From the NCBI RefSeq assembly GCF_000400465.1, contig NW_008806294.1:112958-144957 (forward strand): a stretch of 32,000 nt of DNA, written 5' to 3'. A model generated the notes under the pieces. The model was not told where the DNA came from, did not search any database, and was given only the letters and a program-made list of their open reading frames with translations. Both the position numbers and the translations under genes were made by a program. Below are positions 11,232 to 22,390 of the stretch, one piece after another. The DNA is from Wallemia ichthyophaga EXF-994. Taxonomy: Eukaryota > Fungi > Basidiomycota. Each line of letters opens with the position of its first letter. Position 1 is the stretch's first letter.

Positions 11232-12099
11232 TTAAGCTTGCACTTTCACGCCAACTTGCGCATCCTTCTTGGCGAGATCCATTTCACGCTTACGCTTTTC
11301 AAATGCGCGCTTCATCACGAAGAAGTCCTTGTGGAGACCACATTCAGTCTTCTGGCCACCTTTGTCAGACCATCTGCCGGAGCGTTCATCGGCATCTGAG
11401 GTAGCCACGCCAGATGGAGCCTTGGTAGAGTGCCAGTCACCGACGCTCTTGTAACCCTTGTCGAGGAGAGCGTTGTAGGGGACTTTGTTATTGTCCGCGT
11501 ACGCCTTGACTTGCTCGAAGGTCCATGATGCTAATGGGTTAACTTTGATAAGGCCAGTTTCATCAATTTCGATAGCAGGAATTGCAGCCCTCTCTCCACC
11601 TTGACTGCGTCTTCTACCGGTCAAAACGGCTTTAACGCCGAGTTCTTCGTATGCTCTACGAGCTGGTTCTACCTGAAGTGATTTTAGTGGAAATATGTGG
11701 AACACAAAGTAAACCCACCTTTACAGCGAAATCGTACATATCTTCATCCGAGATCCACAACTCTTTTCCGTAAAGAACCTCAAATTGTTTGACGTTGTTG
11801 ACGCCGTTTGGAATGTAGTTGTGTAGCTTAGCAGAGTATTTCTCGCTAACAGTTCTCGCCAAATCGATTGTCTCATCGAAGTGGTACAAAGTATCAAGGA
11901 AGATGAGATCGACGGCGTGTGCAGCTCCTCTAGCCTTGCTGATTTTGCTGATCATGTCAACTGCAATCGTACCTGTTAATCCGAAGGCTGTCGTTTGGTA
12001 GAGTCCATCAAGGTTATCCATTGCCCATTCTAATATTTCTTGAGGGGAGGCGTTGGAGAGCTGCTGATTGGCTGCTTCAAGTTGAGATTGTGAGATCAT
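11232..12099 (-). CDS. MET16: PAPS reductase
   Basis: Exons 12099-11719 and 11672-11232. Motifs QTTAFGLTG, FLDTLYHF, KVEP, TGRRRSQG, GYKSVGDWHST, ERSGRW, TECGLH. Confidence 0.96.
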
Positions 12100-12731
12100 A
12101 TCCTATTTTCACTTGATCGTAATGGTTTAAGTCATTTCAATTCTCTTTTCTCAAATTCTTTATAATCACGCCTTTTTTATGACAAATCCGTGATAATTTT
12201 CTTTTTGTAGTGTTTCATACTATTCTAATATCCTTTATAACACCTACTAAAATATTTTTTCATTTCTATTATTCCGCCGCATTTCGGTGCTAAATTCCAA
12301 AAATTTTCATTATTAAGCCGATTGGCAAGGTATTTACTAGAGTGATATTTGTAATACAAATGATTATTAATATGACTAGCTTATCTATAATTGCTCGGGA
12401 TCAATAATAAAATTCCATTCTCAGCAAGGTATGGGAGGCCAACGAGCAGGGACGAGAGAGAGATGGATTAGACGATTACAATTTGCGGTTGCTTGTAGAC
12501 TACTTGACAAAGTTACAAAGTCGCCACAGCAAAACTCGGCAGCAAGTATAACGCTCAATGAATTTACATTGAGCAGTAAATAAATATATCAAAATACACT
12601 CCAAGATTCCACTAATATTATTTTATATTTTAAAATTCTTGTTTCTTATTTTTGACTTGTGTCATTGCCCGCCAATCATAATCTTCGCATTTTGCAGATT
12701 CCTTCATAATCACCTCCACCAGCAAACCCCA

Positions 12732-14625
12732 ATGAACTTGCGCAATCTCACCAAGTACAGGCAAGCGTGTCCCTTCCTCGGCAGCAACACCACCAAGCAG
12801 CTCTCCACCCTTAGCCACACCACTTCCAATGGATTCACCAGCAATCTCACCAGCAAAGCTCAGAGCTGTCCAATCATGGGTCCTGCCATCCAACAACAGA
12901 AGAAGCATTACGCCTCTGTTGCGTCCAAGAAGGATGTCGACGCTATCCACAAAAACCAAGGCGTTAAGAAGAGTTCCGGTGGCGTTTGTCCTCACGCAGC
13001 AGCTGGAATAGCAGCAGCAAAGGCAGCTGCAGCTGCAGCTAATGCTCCAATCCCTCAATCCCCTCCATCACCGTCCACCTCCTCAGCCTTATTCAACTAC
13101 GACGACTTCTACGCCCAGCAACTCCAAACAAAGCACGATGACGCCAGCTACCGTTACTTCAACAACATCAACAGACTCGCCCACAAGTTCCCAGTCGCCC
13201 ATACTTCACGCCCTGATGAAGAAGTCACTGTGTGGTGTTCGAATGACTACCTCGGTATGGGCAAGAATCAGATTATCATCGATACTATGAAGAAGACGCT
13301 TGATAAGTACGGTGCAGGCGCTGGTGGTACGCGTAACATTGCAGGCAATGGTCAGCTTCATCTCAGCCTTGAAGCTGAACTCGCATCACTTCATCGTAAA
13401 GAAGCTGCACTCGTCTTCTCTTCGTGCTACGTAGCCAATGATGCCACTCTCTCCACTCTCGGCTCTAAGCTACCGGGTTGTGTCATATTCTCCGATTCGC
13501 AGAACCACGCTTCGATGATCCAAGGCATCAGACACTCTGGCGCTAAAAAGGAAATATGGAAGCACAACGACCTCAACGACCTCGAAGCTCGTCTGAGTAG
13601 ATACCCTAAGGAAACTCCAAAGGTATGTAATAGCACTGAGCTTATTAATCACCCACACTAACCTCTGCATTTCCACCCAGATCATTGCATTTGAGTCTGT
13701 TTATTCCATGTGCGGTTCTATAGGACCAATCCGTGAAATCTGTCAATTGGCTAAGAAATACGGCGCAATCACCTTTAACGATGAAGTCCACGCTGTTGGA
13801 ATGTATGGTCCAACTGGCGCCGGAGTAGCTGAACATCTCGATTTTCAACAACACACCAAGACATCCGACGCCGTCAATGGCTCTGTAATGGACCAAGTTG
13901 ACATTATCACAGGCACACTAGGCAAAGCGTATGGAGTAGTCGGTGGTTACATAGCCGGTTCCGCAGATTTCATCGACATGATACGCTCATATGCACCGGG
14001 ATTCATCTTCACCACGTCAATTCCACCAGCAATAGCTGCCGGTGCGCAGGCGTCGATTGCCTACCAGAAAGCGTACAGGGGCGATAGAATCAAGCAGCAG
14101 ATCAACTCGCGTGACTTAAAGAATAAACTTCGCCAAGTTGATATACCAGTTGTGCCAGGACCCTCTCATATCGTTCCAGTCCTTGTAGGTGATGCTGCAC
14201 TAGCCAAGCAAGCCTCAGATTCTCTCCTCGTCGATCATGGCGTTTATATGCAGGCACTCAACTTTCCAACTGTGGCTGTAGGTGAGGAGAGACTGAGAAT
14301 TACGCCTACTCCCGGTCATAGTATCGACGCTATGCAACACCTCGTTAGAAGTCTCGATGAGGTTTGGAATAAATTACAGATCCCTCGCGAATCAGACTGG
14401 ATTAAACGTGGTGGTAGAGCTGGTGTAGGTCAGCCAGAACTCGTCGACGCTGACCCTCTCTGGACCGATAGCCAACTAGGCTTGCTTGGTGAAAACCATC
14501 ACTTGCCTGATATCTTCAATCACAATATTGAAGAAGCTAAGCAGATTGCTACTGAAAGATTGCAAGACCTCTTGGAATCCCACGCTGATGAGGACATTGT
14601 GCGTATCGTAAATGGTAGCGAGTAG
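12732..14625 (+). CDS. HEM1: 5-aminolevulinate synthase, mitochondrial
   Basis: Exons 12732-13622 and 13681-14625. Three N-terminal Cys-Pro heme-regulatory motifs (ACPF, SCPI, VCPH). Motifs [36 protein letters not shown]. Confidence 0.97.
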
Positions 14626-14780
14626 GGTTCAGCAGGCTGTATATTGTATCGAGTCAAAAATTATACATCGATTAACTTTTTGACAAAAGCTTTCATGTGA
14701 TGATGCATGCTTAAGATATCAAATAAATTAACAAAGGATAGTGAAATGAAACAAGAAAAGAAAAAAGCTAATCACTCACG

Positions 14781-17070
14781 TCAATGCCTCGATTTACCAG
14801 TCATCCTCAAGTAATCCTTAAAGGCATACTCAATAGATCTATTGATGAGATTTTGAGGCAATTTCCTAACCTGATCGAGAATATCGCCTCTGCTCGCACT
14901 CCCAAGGATCACCTTCATCGATTGACTAACAACTGGGAGGGGTATGAATCGAGTCAATATTTCAATAGCTGCATCTTTGCCTGCTTCCGATATCTCATAT
15001 TCTTCAGCGGTGGGGAATATTGCGTTAGATTGAGATTCCTGATCCGACTCTGGCTGTAACTTTGACTTTGACTGATCTGACTTTGACTGCGACTCATCCA
15101 ACTTTTCCTTTACAGTGAAATCTTCGTCTTGTTCTCGAGCGAGGACCTCTAACTCTTTTGTTATGTCATTGATTTTACCATTCACATTGTAGTTGTCGTT
15201 GTCTGTGCCATTATCTGTGCCATTATCTGCCACTTGGCTCACTTCTTGGTGTCCCACTTCCGACTCCTCCTTCTCCCTTCCTTGCTTTTCTGCTTTTCCT
15301 CTCTTGCCCTCCCTCACGTCTTTCTCGAGAAGATTCTCACCCAACCCAAACCAAGTCGCGAGGAATTTATTGCGTTCTTTAAATGAGTACAGAGTGCATG
15401 ACTTGGCCCAGCTACTCATCCTTGACACTAATGTAGGTGGCTTTTAAAGTTAGTAAGCAGGAAATGAAAAAAAGAGACTCACTGTATCAGGATCAACGAC
15501 TTGAATTTTACCATGCCAACCCACTCTAGCTGAAAGATGGTGCTGTTTAGCGATAAAGTTTTTGTACGGATTGAAAGCAGCGCCCGAGACTGTCTGTTCA
15601 ATCCACTCCTCCACATTTCCATTACGTACCCATCTCGCCTCTGTTAGTGGCTGTTTCGTCTCGAGTGCGCACTCGATGGTAATGGATTGTTCGTTAAGCT
15701 GGGGTAGTCCATCACTTTCTCCCTGTTCTGTCGCCATTAATCTCTGTAGCGGTGGTACCGTCTCATCTTGAACATCAAGCATATGCTTCTGTTTAGAAAG
15801 CGGTATGTAAGATTCCTTCTCGCTATCCAACATTTCAACAATTATACCAGGACATATTCGCATCGTGTCAGCCTGGTCAGCGTCCAATTGAGCTTTGTGT
15901 GTGCTGAGTATGATTTGCTTTTCGCTTTCTGGGAGATAGCTTGTACTTTCTACCATGTTGGATAAAGGATCATCCACCCGCTGTAGACGCATCCTCATCG
16001 ATACGACACCCTCTTTGCGCTTGATGATTATGTGTTCAATCAGCTCGGCGTCTAGAACTATCCGACGTGTGTTAAGTGCGTATGATATTGATACTCTGTT
16101 CGAGGATGGCTCGAGGATGCCGGTCTTGTCCATTTTTTCTTCGATTTCGCGGATTTTACTGTCGATGGGGTCGTGTGTGGATGTGTCTGTTGATCTGTCT
16201 GCTGACTCCTCGTCATGAGAGGGTGGAAGTGGGATAGTACCACGCTTACTCTCCACAGTAGCTGGAGAAGCAAAGTACAATCTCAACCTGGCGTTTTCCT
16301 TGGCTGCGTCAGTCTCCTTACATTCTTCCTCATCTGGCTGCTTCCATTGCCAGTTTATAGAAGGGATAGAGATAGCAGTAATTCTGAAATCGGTCAAAGT
16401 TCTTCTCTTGTCATCTGGATGACAATTTTTTGTCCTATCTCTACCAGCAACAGGAGTAGATCTAACTGCTTTCGCCTGCCTCTTTGTAGATCTGTTATTG
16501 GTGTTACCAGAGTTCATAGCATTATGCGATCGTTTGTTTGAATTCAATTGCTGGTCTTGATTATTCGCCGGGAAATTTGGACGCTGAGGGATAGCGGCGT
16601 GTGTTCTTTGATATTTATGCTGAGGATGGCGTTTGTGGTTGGTTTCGTGAGCGTAAGATTTATTTAGGAAGCCGGTGTAAGTGTTAGTCCGTCCACGCTT
16701 CGTTGGTGGCTCAGGCTCGGAACGATTGGGAGCAAGTGGGGGCGGATGAGGAGGTGGATAGTAAGACTGAGTGGGTATGTTTATAGGCACGGGCTGTGCA
16801 ATTGGCTGCGTCGGATGAGGCTGAGGATAGAAATAAGCTGCGTTGGTGTACGCGCTGTTGAAGGCTGCGTATTCTTGGTGATGGTGGGAGTAAGAATGCG
16901 TATACTGCGAGGGTATTTGTTGAATATCTTCTGCTCTGTGTCCATAACCATCTGTGTGATGTTAGAATTACAGCGTGTAAAGGACACACAGAGCACTGAC
17001 AATTATCAAACGAATTCACAGGATTGCTAGCTTTTTCGTGCTTCTGCTGCGCTGATTGCCTCTTTGACAT
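14781..17070 (-). CDS. Hypothetical protein (732 aa), disordered N-terminus plus globular segments
   Basis: Exons 17070-17001, 16951-15483, 15440-14781 join in frame with canonical GT/AG ends. No family recognised with confidence. Confidence 0.7.
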
Positions 17071-17130
17071 ATAAATTCAAGGTTGATGACAGCTCTTGTT
17101 CACCCTTTACCACCACCAATCAATTTCATT

Positions 17131-17954
17131 ATGGATGCGCCTGCACCTGCAGCTCGCAGGTCGGCTTCAGGACGTGCACAGATGTTAAATGGCCTACGCA
17201 AACCTTCACAGCTTGAGATTGAGCAGCATGACTTTATCGTGAGTTGTTATACGTCTTGAGCATATACAACGGCTAATCACGCGTTTTATTTTACCAGCTA
17301 CAACAACAACAAGCCACCATCGATCAGCTTGCAAGTCTGCAGGCTCAGACCCAGCAGATATTCGCTCAAATGGATTTGAATGGTGCACACGCGCCCAACA
17401 ACCGCGAAGCAATCTCAAATAATATGCAGAACATGACAAGAACACGCAGATTATCTAGTAATCCTCCTCCAACCAGCGCTAATCATCGCTCCAATACTCC
17501 CTTCAAAGGCCGTAGACCGGCAAGCTTAAACCTGTCAGCACTCAACACCGCAGCACCAATTCATGAGGAGCTACATAATGCTCCACTACCACACACTGCG
17601 ATTCACAATTCCAACCAACCTCATCGCAACAACAACGCCAGCAAGAGAAAAACTTACTCTAACTTGGGCCACCTCCCTCCAGTTCCGCAGTCTGCACCTG
17701 CTAACGCTCCAAATGGAAGACATTCCTCCTTCCGTGTCCCTTCAGCACTCAATTCTGCAAACAACGCTCCTCAAGGTTGCGTGAGACAACCACGTGGTCC
17801 ACCTTCAGAAAACCTCGAGGCTGTTAACTTTAGCTCCAGACAACGCAAATTGGCAAGTAGACGTTTGTCTGGTTTGGCTGGCATAGCTGGCGCTAGACGT
17901 AGAGTCAGTGTGGCTCCTACTGGTGACCCAATCGATGCATCAAATGGCGATTAA
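17131..17954 (+). CDS. Low-complexity Asn/Pro/Gln-rich protein with C-terminal RQPRGPP motif (254 aa)
   Basis: Exons 17131-17238 and 17298-17954. VRQPRGPP...NFSSRQRK resembles SUZ-C-type RQPRGP motifs. Confidence 0.7.
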
Positions 17955-18391
17955 ACTGTGTTTATTTTAACACTCCCCTCGAACACCCCAAGCATTATTT
18001 ACGTTCTACGTACATTCACAATCTCTTTGTATTATAGTGATATCAGCAATCCATTCAAATGTTTTCTTGTGACGCGCCAGTTTGGGAACGAATGCTACAA
18101 ATGATACGAATACTACGAATGCTATAAATACGACGCAGGGATAGAAGGAGCATACTGCGGAATGAGCCTTGGCAATACTATCCGCGACGTACGTATGTGC
18201 CCCTTCAATCAGTGCATGGTGTCACTCGAGGTAGAAGCTAAATCACCTTGATTATACGCAACACAAGATTTGGCGAACGTCCTAATACATTTCGTAGTAC
18301 AGAATCGAACCTATCTATTACACTCTAGAATAGCACAAAAAAATGTCTTCAGCAGTAGCAAAGGTTGAGGAAAATTATGATTAAAATTCTT

Positions 18392-18398
18392 AAAAAAA
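18392..18398 (-). terminator. RNA polymerase III terminator (T7)
   Basis: TTTTTTT on the - strand, 6 nt after G37 of the permuted tRNA 5' half. Confidence 0.7.
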
Positions 18399-18404
18399 TC
18401 ATAG

Positions 18405-18480
18405 CCGTAGTCGAATACTCTACCATTGAGCCAGCCGGCCGTGGTGACCGACGCAGGGCTCGAACCTGCAACCTTTCGAT
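18405..18480 (-). tRNA. Circularly permuted tRNA-Arg(ACG): 3' half (18480-18445), CCAC linker, 5' half (18440-18405)
   Basis: 3' half ATCGAAAGGTTGCAGGTTCGAGCCCTGCGTCGGTCA precedes 5' half GGCCGGCTGGCTCAATGGTAGAGTATTCGACTACGG. Rejoined, they form a complete 72-nt cloverleaf: acceptor GGCCGGC/GTCGGTC, D stem GCTC/GAGT, anticodon stem TTCGA/TCGAA, loop CTACGGA, T stem GCAGG/CCTGC. Confidence 0.88.
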
Positions 18481-18491
18481 ATCAGCTACTC

Positions 18492-18502
18492 CCATTGAGT
18501 TA
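18492..18502 (-). promoter_or_regulatory. A-box-like element upstream of the permuted tRNA
   Basis: TAACTCAATGG has one mismatch to TRGCNNARYGG and lies 25 nt before the B box GGTTCGAGCC. Confidence 0.55.
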
Positions 18503-18670
18503 TTTTGAACTGAAAGCTTTACTTAAATCAACACAATATAATAAAAGAACAAACTTGCACAAAGAAATGCTCAATTAGTGCAAAACTAATACCTTCAGTT
18601 ATGTGGGAACATAGACACTAGAAAATATCTACGTGCTGAAGTAGAGTTTTTAGATGCACAAAATCAAAGT

Positions 18671-19729
18671 TTAGGAAGTCGACTTGTAAGTCCACTCGCA
18701 AGCGCTATGCCACCTGTGCAAAACAAGAAAAAACATGTGTTCAAACCACTTGGTATCTGATATAGATATCTGATATAAATAGTTAACTCCACGACGATGA
18801 CAAAATGCTAAAGTATGATATGATATCCCTAAGTTGGTATGCTTTGAGTTCTCTGTCGTGACAATCTCCTGCCAATGACCACCTTCAGTCCTTGTAAGTG
18901 CGGCACCAATAAATATGGTCTCTGAAAAGGCGATCGTCGAAATCCATCTTGTACTCCATAGTATGCAGATGGCAAAATACGCACTCGACCCACAACTTTG
19001 TAAGACAGGTAAAGTTCTGATCATAGAGCGCATTTCTAAACTGCTCTATCCACACGAGCGCAAATCTATCATACGCGACAGAGGTAGAGTCAAGTAGACT
19101 ACCGAAATTTATGTAGAGGGATTCCACACGCGGGTAATTTACCTTGAGGATGGAAGCCAGACCCGGAATGAGTGTTGGCTGTGCAGCGCCAAAGCCCATT
19201 CTGAGGTGAGTGACAGTGGTGAGTGCTGGTAATTTCTCGAGATGGTGAAGGTCATCACAAGCCATCTCGAGCGTAGTGACACGTTTGAGCTTGTTGTTAA
19301 TCATCACAGAGGTTGACAGAACTTCTGCCTTGAGTTGGCCATCGACCTCGCTGTCGTCATTGATGTTGAGTCTCAATTTCTAAACAAAGTAAGCACATCT
19401 GAGACGCAGGGCTGCGATCCTACCTCTACGCTCATACAGATATGTTTATCGTTGAGTAGCTGTGTCAAGCTGACCAATTGCCGGCTTATTTCTTTGGGAG
19501 TGACAGGCACGAATCTAGAGATGCCGAGATAAGACAGCGATGGGGAAACGTTGAGAGTTTTGAAAAGAGCGTTGTAGCTGAGAATGCGCAGGGTTTTGCA
19601 TGTAAGTGTGAGTGCGAGTGGGGAGATATCGACGATCATTTCCAGGATCTCAAGCGGAAGCTTGCCGAGGTGGCAGGTGAGCATGTAGCCTAAGCTATTG
19701 CGCGGCAATTGCACGGCTCTTGACAGCAT
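18671..19729 (-). CDS. F-box-like protein (start and 3' end uncertain)
   Basis: LGKLPLEILEMIVDI...TCKTLR is F-box-like. Intron 19423-19380 joins the two ORFs. The stop is either 18885 or, after one more intron, 18671. Alternative start at 19684. Confidence 0.5.
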
Positions 19730-19951
19730 TTTTGTGATGATAGAAAGTGGTGGTAGGGGATCAAGGGGGAAAGCGGGCAAAAACGGGAGATGTGGACTGT
19801 GAAAATATCATGAGTAGCGATTTAATTGAAATACGTTGTACATGCCTCTAGTCGACATTCAGACACCTTCATTAGATCCGGAATGTCACATTCCTGATGA
19901 GCATAATGTACGCGAAATACCCCGTCATCCTTACACAAACGCATACAACAA

Positions 19952-21229
19952 ATGCTACAAGAACTTCTTGCATTTGCGTATGAAGCGCCCAGTCTCCCTA
20001 TTCCCAATTTGTGCGCGTCGCTCGTTCTCCCCCTCCAAGCGCGTCTATTAGTAGCGCCACCATCAAACTCAAACACTACAACGAGAGTTGTCTTGCTATT
20101 TCTAGCTATCAGCGTTGCTGCACTGGGCGAGACTCCAGACACACGCGACAACTTCATCATTGGTTTCACCTACAATGTTTTCATTTTCGCCAGTTGCATG
20201 CATTCAGTGCATCTAACTTTCACCACACGTAGCCGAATCGACACGCCCAAGATCATTTCCTTCTCCCAACACGACCACCACGATTTAGGGTGGGGTGGTG
20301 CGGTCGAGATGCTGACCAAGTGGGTGTTGCTATCCATTCTCTTTCTCCGTCTTCATCTGACAGGCGCGCAGCCTTCGAGGAATCGGGATGAGCTGGGGGA
20401 TTGCGCACGAGAAGCTGCCGGCAGTGTATGAAAATTTTGCTTCGAGCCTTCTACTCGATATAGTCAAACATCACGTCATCTCACTCTCCGCTATGGCCGC
20501 ACTTTCGCGTTTTGGCCAGCACAATCACGGTAAGACGCTGTGCGAATTGGTGGGGTGCGATGTAGCCATCACTGTCGCCATGTTCGGACTTGCTTGGTCT
20601 GCTATCACTTTGACGTATAACATATACTCACTTTGTGTCTATACTCTCGCTAAATTGTGCGACTTGCCTTTTGATAACTACAGGTGGCCGCCACTGTTTG
20701 GGAACCCTCTCGCCGCTGATAGCATACGCACGTTCTGGAACGATAAATGGCAGTGTTCCTTTAGGCGTCACTTTATTATGTGCGGATATAAGCCGGTTTT
20801 TCACTCGCTCAATAGTCTGTGCATTCCTGGTGATATTCCCCACTATTGCGGTATTATTGGTGCCTTCACTGTCAGTGGTCTTCTCCATGAATACTGCATA
20901 AGGTGCACGTCTGGTAAGATGCTCATGTATGGCTCATATCCTACTTTCAAATTTTTCATCATGTGGGTGATTAAGACTTGGAAAACAATTCCTAACAGTG
21001 TACATTATACAGCTCCGGCTTGGCAATTGTAGTCGAGAACTTGGTAAAGGAATGCACCGGTCGGAGAGTCGGAGGCATTTATGGTCGCTTATGGACCTGG
21101 TCCCTCCTCTTCATCCCCGCACTTCACATGTCTAGACAATGTCTTCTTGCGTTCGGTCCGATGTCAGACTTTGTGGATTGGGAGGTATGGAGGTGGTTTG
21201 TACCTCTCTCGTTCGCCATCAAAGCGTAG
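19952..21229 (+). CDS. MBOAT_2 / wax-synthase-like membrane O-acyltransferase
   Basis: Exons 19952-20319, 20372-20962, 21013-21229. Motifs LTNLRGIG, WPPLFGNP...SIRTFWNDKW, AFTVSGLLHE, TGRRVGGIYGRLWTW. Confidence 0.85.
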
Positions 21230-21509
21230 GATAGCAATATACCCAAAGCACATGCATACTATAACTCTCATTGAGTTAACTCAATAACTTATTACTCATG
21301 AATAGCATTTATTAATTTCGGAAGCTGTGTGATCAGCGGTCTCAGGCACACTAAAAAGGTGGCAGATGACTATGAGACATTGCCGAGGAACTGTTTCAAA
21401 GAGCTTGTGATGTCTAGATGACTGCATAGCTTCGGGTATTACTAAATTGTCCCACACAGCAATCTGAGATATATAAGAGGGTCTTCTTTCTTCCTTAAAG
21501 ACCGTTAAA

Positions 21510-22256
21510 ATGAAGGTTCAAATTGTTACACTCGCAACTATCGCAGCGCTCGCAGCTGCATTGCCACAAGGTGGTGAGCCTCCAAGTGGAACAGCATCTG
21601 AAACGTCTATGTCCACCATGCCAACAGAGAGCACATCTATGCCAGGAGAAACATCTACAATGCCCCCAGAAGAGACGTCTACAATGCCTCCAGAAGAAAC
21701 GTCTACAATGCCCCCAGAAGAAACCTCCACTATGCCTCCAGAGGAAACGTCTACTATGCCTCCAGATAGCACATCAACGATGCCAAACGGCGTGCCTGCA
21801 CCAACAGAGACGGGCATGGCGATCCATCCAAATGGTAACATGAGCAAGTGCGTGGATGTTGCCGGAGCAGAATTCAGCAATGGAACACCAGTGCAAATCT
21901 ACGACTGCAACGACACAGAAGCCCAGAAATTCGTTTTTACAGAGGGTGAGACAAAAGTGAAGGTGAGTTGGTCTTGCAGTATACACGAAGCATGAGCTTA
22001 CACTAATTCCCATCAGGTGGCCAACCACGATTACTGTCTCGATGCAGGCTCAGATCCAGCCTCTGGAACAATGGCGAAAATTTGGCAGTGCTATGAGGAT
22101 CTGGATGCACAATCTTTCTATTACACTGACGACTACAGAATGGCAGTCTTGGGAGAAGGGCTGTGTCTCGATCTTACCGACGGCATGATGGCGAATGGGA
22201 CGGTGTTACAGACCTGGTACTGCACCGACAACAACACCAACCAGATCTGGAATTGA
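21510..22256 (+). CDS. Secreted ricin-B (CBM13) lectin-domain protein with Ser/Thr/Pro/Met repeat linker
   Basis: Signal peptide MKVQIVTLATIAALAAA. Exons 21510-21962 and 22017-22256. Motifs KCVDV...NGTPVQIYDCN..AQKF, YCLDAG...KIWQC, LCLDLTDG...LQTWYC...NQIW. Confidence 0.9.
21651..21785 (+). repeat. 24-bp coding tandem repeat encoding (TSTMPPEE)n
   Basis: About 5.5 degenerate copies starting at 21651, 21675, 21699, 21723, 21747, 21771. Confidence 0.9.
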
Positions 22257-22390
22257 GTTATCTGGACATATTGATTGTAATTCATCCCATAACGACATAA
22301 CTTTAATCATGACATCATTAAGATAACGAGTATGAGGAATGTATTCATATTTTGGTGTGCTGAAGGAAGGACCAGGCAGGCACGGAGGAG

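Noticed and set aside
18131-18140. CGACGCAGGG, identical to part of the tRNA-Arg 3' half
   Set aside because: Only 10 bp with no surrounding tRNA structure, so it is compatible with chance.
18445-18480. Calling the 3' tRNA half a truncated tRNA-Trp pseudogene
   Set aside because: The matching 5' half lies 4 nt downstream and supplies the CT-ACG-G loop (Arg) and fully complementary stems.
18671-22256. F-box, MBOAT and lectin genes as a secondary-metabolite cluster
   Set aside because: There is no backbone enzyme (PKS, NRPS, terpene synthase), transporter or cluster regulator.
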